Assembly: GCA_022402535.1 (NCBI GenBank)
Contig: JAKRSD010000020.1
Location: 221,341 to 285,340, forward strand
Length of the DNA: 64,000 bases
Source: Flavobacteriales bacterium
GTDB taxonomy: Bacteria; Bacteroidota; Bacteroidia; CAIKAF01
Direction of reading: 5' to 3'
Made by a program: the position numbers and the translations under genes. Shown here piece by piece: positions 58,973 to 64,000 of this stretch (position 1 is the stretch's first letter; every line of letters starts with the position of its first letter). The notes below the pieces were generated by a model, which was not told where the DNA came from, made no database searches, and was given only the letters and a program-made list of their open reading frames with translations.

Positions 58973-59551
58973 CTATAAGCGGGAAACCAAGCCGTTTTCC
59001 AGCCGGTATTGCTGTCCTGATTCGGGACAAACCGCCAACCCTTCTTCATTAAATTCCAGATTATGCCCATATTCGCTCATCCAACCCCTGTGTTTTGATG
59101 GATTTCCGTACACAAGTTCAAAAGGCTTTACATCTTTGGTAACCACCGCCCCGGCACCTATAAAACTATACTCGCCAATGGTGATGCCGCAAACTACGGT
59201 GGCATTGGCCCCTATGCTGGCGCCTTTTTTTACACGGGTGGTTTTATATTCTTCTTTGCGGTTAACGGCGCTTCGTGGATTTATAACATTGGTAAACACC
59301 ATACTCGGACCCAGAAACACATCATCTTCGCAGATTACGCCCGTGTACACTGAAACATTGTTCTGGATTTTTACATTATTCCCAAGGGTAACGCCCGGCG
59401 AAATCACCACATTCTGTCCGATATTACATCTTTCACCAATGGTGCAGTTGGGCATGATATGCGAAAAATGCCAGATTTTGGTACCGGCTCCTATGGTGCA
59501 GCCCTCATCTATATACGAGGATTCATGGGCAAAAAACGGCGGGTTCTCCAT
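58973..59551 (-). CDS. left-handed beta-helix (hexapeptide-repeat) sugar N-acetyltransferase
   Basis: Tandem hexapeptide repeats (IGAGTKIWHFSHI..., IGERCNIGQNVVI..., LGNNVKIQNNVSV...). It lies 12 bp downstream of the DegT aminotransferase, a pairing typical of WbpD/PglD-like enzymes. Confidence 0.75.
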   Translation of the reverse strand: MENPPFFAHESSYIDEGCTIGAGTKIWHFSHIMPNCTIGERCNIGQNVVISPGVTLGNNVKIQNNVSVYTGVICEDDVFLGPSMVFTNVINPRSAVNRKEEYKTTRVKKGASIGANATVVCGITIGEYSFIGAGAVVTKDVKPFELVYGNPSKHRGWMSEYGHNLEFNEEGLAVCPESGQQYRLENGLVSRL

Positions 59552-59563
59552 ATTCTTAGGGAT

Positions 59564-60694
59564 TTACTTGTTCACAAATTCCAATACACACTGCGTAATA
59601 TAGGCCAGCTGATCTTCAGTAAGTTCCGTATGCATGGGCAAGGAAATCACGCGGTGGCTCAACGCTTCGGCCACAGGCAAATCGCCCTCTTTATACCCTT
59701 TTAGGTTGTAGGCTTTCTGCAAATGCTGCGGAACCGGATAATACACCTTATTGGGCACTCCTTTGCTGTCTAAATAAGCGCCCAACCCATCGCGGTCAAC
59801 CCCGGTTAAAGTGATGGTATATTGGTGAAACACATGATTACTGTATGACGCCCGGAAAGGTGTTTTGATGGCCGGATGTCCTGCAAAGGCACGGTCGTAA
59901 TATTCCGCAGCCTGATTACGGGCAGCCGCGTAGCTGTCTAAATGCGGTAATTTACAAAGTAAAATAGCTGCCTGCAGAGTGTCTAACCGAGAGTTTACAC
60001 CTACCAGATCGTGGTAATAGAGGCGGGTCTGCCCGTGGTTAGCCACCTGACGGAGAACCGTGGCCAGTTCATCATCCTGGGTAAAAATGGCTCCGCCGTC
60101 GCCATAGCAGCCTAAGTTTTTACTCGGGAAAAATGACGTCGTTCCTATTGTTCCCATGGTGCCTGCCTTTTTCACGGTTCCGTCAGAAAAAGTGTATTCG
60201 GCACCCAGCGCCTGGGCCGTATCTTCTATCACAAACAGATTGTGTTGTTTAGCCAGGTTTAACAAGGGTTCCATATCGGCACATTGCCCATACAGATGTA
60301 CGGGGACAATGGCTTTCGTTTTGGGAGAAATGGCCTTTTCCACGGCATTCAGGTCCATATTGAAGGTATCGGGGTCGGTATCTACAAATACCGGAGTGAG
60401 TTTGAGCAGGGCAATGACTTCGCAGGTGGCGGCATACGTAAACGAAGGAGTTATGACTTCATCGCCGGGCTGCAGGTTCAGCGCCATCATCGCAATCTGC
60501 AACGCATCCGTTCCATTGGCGCAGGGAATTACATGTTTTACGTTGAGGTATTTTTCCAGGTCAGCCGCCAATTTTTTCACCTCAGGCCCATTGATAAACG
60601 CTCCGGCTTCGATTACTCCCATCACTGCGGCATCCAGTTCGGATTTTATTTTGCGGTACTGACCTTTGAGGTCAACCATTTCAATTTTTTGCAT
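59564..60694 (-). CDS. DegT/DnrJ/EryC1/StrS-family PLP-dependent sugar aminotransferase
   Basis: PLP-lysine context SFFPSKNLGCYGDGGAIFT, and family blocks throughout. Confidence 0.85.
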   Translation of the reverse strand: MQKIEMVDLKGQYRKIKSELDAAVMGVIEAGAFINGPEVKKLAADLEKYLNVKHVIPCANGTDALQIAMMALNLQPGDEVITPSFTYAATCEVIALLKLTPVFVDTDPDTFNMDLNAVEKAISPKTKAIVPVHLYGQCADMEPLLNLAKQHNLFVIEDTAQALGAEYTFSDGTVKKAGTMGTIGTTSFFPSKNLGCYGDGGAIFTQDDELATVLRQVANHGQTRLYYHDLVGVNSRLDTLQAAILLCKLPHLDSYAAARNQAAEYYDRAFAGHPAIKTPFRASYSNHVFHQYTITLTGVDRDGLGAYLDSKGVPNKVYYPVPQHLQKAYNLKGYKEGDLPVAEALSHRVISLPMHTELTEDQLAYITQCVLEFVNK

Positions 60695-60848
60695 AGTTTT
60701 TTCTAATTCCGTGCGAAATTAAGGGCAATTTATGGGAATGCCAATTTCGGGTAAAATGAGGTATACGTATTTGGAAGATTAAAATAAGCAGGCATGTTTA
60801 CCGTTTGGATTCGGTTAATATTTGTTTCTTTGAAACGCAAAATTCAAT

Positions 60849-61625
60849 ATGTATAAAATCGTACGAATAGCTGTATTCACTTTGTTGACCGTAGTGCTGA
60901 TATTCCATTCTTGTGAATCTAAGGCCCAGCGGAACGTAAAAGACTCCGTCGTGTTTATCGGCATGATGATGCCCGGGGTGTCGTTTCAGTTTCCCTACGG
61001 AGAGTTGACGAAACGAACCGGTTTTTTTTTCTCGGTGGGCGGACCTTTCCGTTTTAAATCAAAACGAAACTGGCTGGTAGGTGCCGAAGGCTATTTTACC
61101 CACGGCGGAAAAGTAAAAGAACCCGGACTGCTTCAAAACCTGAAAACCTTCAACGGCGAAATCATTAATCAGGCGGGCGAATATGCCGATATGAATATCT
61201 TTTTCAGAAGCTGGCATGTGGCCGCAGGATTCGGGAAACTGTTCCCCTGGTTCGGTCCCAACAAAAACTGTGGGATGTATTTTATGTTTTCTCCGGGTTT
61301 TATTCAGCACCGCATACGCTTTGAAGTGAGAGACAATAACGTGCAGGCCCTGCGCGGCGATTATAAAAAAGGCTACGACCGCTACAGTGGCGGTTTTGCC
61401 ATGAAACAGGAAATCGGCTACAAACAGGTGAGCAATAACCGGCGGATCAATTTTTATGTGGCGCTGGAGTTTCTGCAGGCCGCAACCCAAAGCTACCGGG
61501 GTTACAACTATGACACAGAAACCACCGATACCAAAGTGCGTTTTGACGGAATGTTTGGCATCAAAGCCGGATGGATGGTTCCTTTCTTTTCTAAAAAAGC
61601 CACGAACGAATATTATTACCGTTAA
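60849..61625 (+). CDS. hypothetical secreted protein, probable outer-membrane beta-barrel
   Basis: Signal peptide and alternating hydrophobic/aromatic beta-strand patterns. It lies 9 bp upstream of waaA. Confidence 0.45.
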   Translation: MYKIVRIAVFTLLTVVLIFHSCESKAQRNVKDSVVFIGMMMPGVSFQFPYGELTKRTGFFFSVGGPFRFKSKRNWLVGAEGYFTHGGKVKEPGLLQNLKTFNGEIINQAGEYADMNIFFRSWHVAAGFGKLFPWFGPNKNCGMYFMFSPGFIQHRIRFEVRDNNVQALRGDYKKGYDRYSGGFAMKQEIGYKQVSNNRRINFYVALEFLQAATQSYRGYNYDTETTDTKVRFDGMFGIKAGWMVPFFSKKATNEYYYR

Positions 61626-61633
61626 CTGCCGTT

Positions 61634-62878
61634 TTGAAATTTCTTTACCATACGGCCATCTTCCTCTACGTTTGTGGAATACGAACTGCCGCCCGGTTTA
61701 ATTCCAAAGCCAAGGCTTGGGTAAACGGGCGTAAAACTCACTCACCAAAATCTATAGAAACAGCTTCTCCAGGAACTAAAACTGTTTGGGTGCATTGTGC
61801 CTCATTGGGCGAATTTGAGCAGGGAAGGCCCGTAATTGAATCCATTAAAAAAAAATGGCCGCAAACCCGCATTGTGCTTACCTTTTTTTCACCCTCAGGT
61901 TTTGATGTGCGAAAATCGTATCCCATGGCCGACTATGTGTTTTATCTGCCGGCGGATTTACCGGGGGCGGCAGAACGGTTTTACGATCAGATAAGACCCG
62001 ATATAGGCATCATCGTAAAGTATGAATTCTGGCAGGGATTTCTGCACGAAGCGCATAAAAGAAACATTCCGCTGTTTCTGATTTCGGGGATTTTCAGAAA
62101 AAACATGCCCTTTTTTAAGCCATACGGAGCATTTTTTCGCCAAGGGTTAAAAGCTTTTCGCGTATTGTTTGTTCAGGATGCCGCCTCAGAACTGCTTTTG
62201 AAAAAATCTGGTTTTGAAGGGAAAATAAACGTTTGCGGAGATACCCGGCTCGACAGGGTATTGGAGGCGGTGAAAAATAAAGAGTCTATTCCGGTTATAT
62301 CTGCCTTTAAAGGCAATCTGCCACTTTGGGTTTGCGGAAGCACATGGCCTACCGATGATAAACTGATTCTGGAGGTGATAAAAAGGAATTCCGTTAAATG
62401 GAAAACCCTGCTCGTTCCGCATGATATACATGAGCAATATATTGCGTCCCTTTGTGAATCCCCAAAAATTGTTCGTTTATCTACGGCTAATGAACCTGAA
62501 ATTACTAATGCCGATGTATTAATTCTGGACCGTATGGGTATGCTCATGAATGCTTACGGGCATGCTGACTGGGCATATGTGGGCGGCGGGTTTGGCAAAG
62601 CCGTACACAATACCATGGAGCCGGCGGCACATGGCATTCCTGTTCTGTTCGGTCCGAATCATACCAAATTCAAAGAAATTGGCGAACTGATTACCGCGGG
62701 AGGCGGCTTTTGTGTGAACAACCTTCCGGAATTAGAAAAACAGGTTTTGTTTTTTGCGGAGCAAGAACCCGAACGCAAAGCCACCGGAAACAAAGCGGCT
62801 CAGTATGTGAACCACCACGCCGGAGCCACTTCAGTCATTGTAAAAGAATTAACCTCATTTTTATCGGCAGATGTTTAA
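61634..62878 (+). CDS. waaA: 3-deoxy-D-manno-octulosonic acid (Kdo) transferase
   Basis: N-terminal membrane anchor, then WVHCASLGEFEQGRPVIESIKKKWPQTRIVLTFFSPSG, the WaaA/KdtA signature, and a C-terminal GT-B domain. Confidence 0.85.
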   Translation: MKFLYHTAIFLYVCGIRTAARFNSKAKAWVNGRKTHSPKSIETASPGTKTVWVHCASLGEFEQGRPVIESIKKKWPQTRIVLTFFSPSGFDVRKSYPMADYVFYLPADLPGAAERFYDQIRPDIGIIVKYEFWQGFLHEAHKRNIPLFLISGIFRKNMPFFKPYGAFFRQGLKAFRVLFVQDAASELLLKKSGFEGKINVCGDTRLDRVLEAVKNKESIPVISAFKGNLPLWVCGSTWPTDDKLILEVIKRNSVKWKTLLVPHDIHEQYIASLCESPKIVRLSTANEPEITNADVLILDRMGMLMNAYGHADWAYVGGGFGKAVHNTMEPAAHGIPVLFGPNHTKFKEIGELITAGGGFCVNNLPELEKQVLFFAEQEPERKATGNKAAQYVNHHAGATSVIVKELTSFLSADV

Positions 62879-62884
62879 TGTTGT

Positions 62885-62892
62885 TAAATTTG
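62885..62892 (+). promoter_or_regulatory. -7 promoter element (TAAATTTG)
   Basis: Matches TAnnTTTG in the 85-bp gap after waaA, 72 bp upstream of ATG 62964. Confidence 0.3.
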
Positions 62893-62963
62893 CTGAATTA
62901 CAATAACATAAAAAGAATCTTTGTCGTTCAAGACCACATTACCTTACCACAAAACACAAGCAT

Positions 62964-63797
62964 ATGAACATCAAAAAACATCTGTCTGCCATTTTACTAT
63001 TTGTGGCTGCCGCTTTTATTGTAGCAGCCTGCGGCAAGAAAAAATTTGAAGGAAAAAATCTGGAGGCCACTCAGGACATGGCTCTGGCCGAAAACTTATT
63101 TTCAGACTCGTTTAAACAGGTTGCCGGTGCCGGACAAGCCACTTCCGATAGTCTGAAAGCTTACAACGACCTGCTTTCCGGTTGTGGCACCTTGTCTATT
63201 ACCCCGTTTGATACCGTAAGCTGGCCCAAAACCGTTACCCTCGATTTCGGTAATGCCAATTGTGTGGGCAACGACGGCAGAGCCCGCAGAGGAAAAGTTA
63301 TCGGCGTTTTTACGAATTGGTTCCGCTCCCCGGGAACGGTGGTTACCATTGGGTTTGACAATTATCATGTAAACGACCATAAAATTATGGGCACCAAAAC
63401 CATCACCAATCAGGGGTACAACAATGCCAACCATCTGGAGTATAATGTATCGTTTCCCAATTGTCAGATTATTAAACCCAACGGGGGAGGAACCGTAAAC
63501 TGGCAAACCAACCGCACGCACGAATGGATGGAAGGCGAAAGCACGTTTACCCCTTGGGATGATGTGTGGAACATTACCGGAACAGCCAGTGGAACCAGTG
63601 CACAGGGAACAGGATTTGCCCTGAGTGTGGTGCAGGCGCTCAATGTAAAGTACGGATGCCGTTGGATTCGTGCCGGCATTTTAAATCTGGATATTGAAGG
63701 AATCAATACCATCAGCGTAAATTATGGAAATGGTGCTTGTGATGCCAACGCGGTAGCTACCTTTGAAGGACAGGAATATCCTTTCATCATGCAATAA
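62964..63797 (+). CDS. hypothetical lipoprotein
   Basis: Signal peptide plus lipobox (FIVAACGKK), and a Gly/Asn/Thr-rich beta-type composition. No known motif. Confidence 0.5.
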   Translation: MNIKKHLSAILLFVAAAFIVAACGKKKFEGKNLEATQDMALAENLFSDSFKQVAGAGQATSDSLKAYNDLLSGCGTLSITPFDTVSWPKTVTLDFGNANCVGNDGRARRGKVIGVFTNWFRSPGTVVTIGFDNYHVNDHKIMGTKTITNQGYNNANHLEYNVSFPNCQIIKPNGGGTVNWQTNRTHEWMEGESTFTPWDDVWNITGTASGTSAQGTGFALSVVQALNVKYGCRWIRAGILNLDIEGINTISVNYGNGACDANAVATFEGQEYPFIMQ

Positions 63798-63818
63798 AAA
63801 TTAGGAATATATTGATAA

Positions 63819-63850
63819 AAAGCTCCCATCGGGGGCTTTTTTGTTTTAGG
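63819..63850. terminator. Rho-independent terminator (probably bidirectional)
   Basis: AGCTCCC-ATC-GGGGGCT hairpin followed by TTTTTTGTTTT. A minus-strand ORF stop at 63846 abuts it. Confidence 0.55.
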
Positions 63851-64000
63851 ACAATCTGGAAGAAATGAGGCTTAAAAACTCTCTGCGGGTACTTTGATCC
63901 GATAAGAATTCGCCCACAAATGCCGATGTGGTGGTAGAGCTGTTTTGTTTTTCTACACCGCGCATCTGCATGCAGAGGTGACGTGCTTCAATAACCACTG
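63846..64000 (-). CDS. C-terminal fragment of an unidentified minus-strand gene (runs off the window edge)
   Basis: A minus-frame ORF is open from the window edge to the stop at 63846-63848 (...[36 protein letters not shown]). At about 51 aa it is too short to classify. Confidence 0.2.
   Translation of the reverse strand, partial: VVIEARHLCMQMRGVEKQNSSTTTSAFVGEFLSDQSTRREFLSLISSRLS

Noticed and set aside
1-64000. Looked for CRISPR arrays, rRNA, transposases or integrases, restriction-modification or other defense-system domains (nucleases, helicases, STAND ATPases, TIR, Sir2)
   Set aside because: No regularly spaced direct repeats were seen, and none of the ORF translations carry such domains. 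The window is dominated by housekeeping, envelope and respiratory genes.

Overview
This 64 kb window reads as an ordinary chromosomal segment of a Bacteroidota genome (Flavobacteriia/Cytophagia/Sphingobacteriia-like). The evidence for that placement: three proteins carry type IX secretion C-terminal sorting domains, the alternative complex III (ACIII) actABCDEF operon is fused to coxB-coxA, and a Bacteroidetes-type -7 promoter box (TAnnTTTG, often literally TACCTTTG) recurs upstream of genes. It is gene-dense, about 55 protein genes, and almost entirely core functions. These are exbB(partial)-exbD-exbD, lptF/G, pabB-tilS, lemA, dsbD, aspS, purQ, rbfA, rlpA-like, bestrophin, thioredoxin, yicC, ACIII plus cytochrome oxidase, metG, a LexA-like S24 repressor, Fe/Mn-SOD, Ctp protease, a fused double-ATPase ABC protein, a sugar aminotransferase plus N-acetyltransferase pair and waaA. 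I saw no rRNA, tRNA, CRISPR array, transposase or integrase. I did not find a convincing, clearly novel multi-gene system. The items most worth a second look are: (1) a tight minus-strand operon of a helical hypothetical, a FabF-like ketosynthase, two SGNH hydrolases and an MBOAT acyltransferase; (2) a roughly 45 bp GC-hairpin repeat present in inverted orientation in two convergent intergenic regions; (3) an AT-rich orphan gene encoding an N-terminal SH3b domain plus a papain-like (Tae4/CHAP-like) hydrolase domain with no signal peptide; (4) a small accessory patch between aspS and the fasciclin gene (class-II Fic, AT-rich orphan lipoprotein, secreted ankyrin); (5) an NlpC/P60-CapA fusion protein; (6) ACIII features, namely ActA with an extra N-terminal monoheme domain, His-rich tails on ActB and CoxA, and two palindromes in the promoter region; and (7) a structured roughly 330 bp leader upstream of metG. 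All calls come from reading the translated ORFs and the DNA by eye. No database searches or computations were run.
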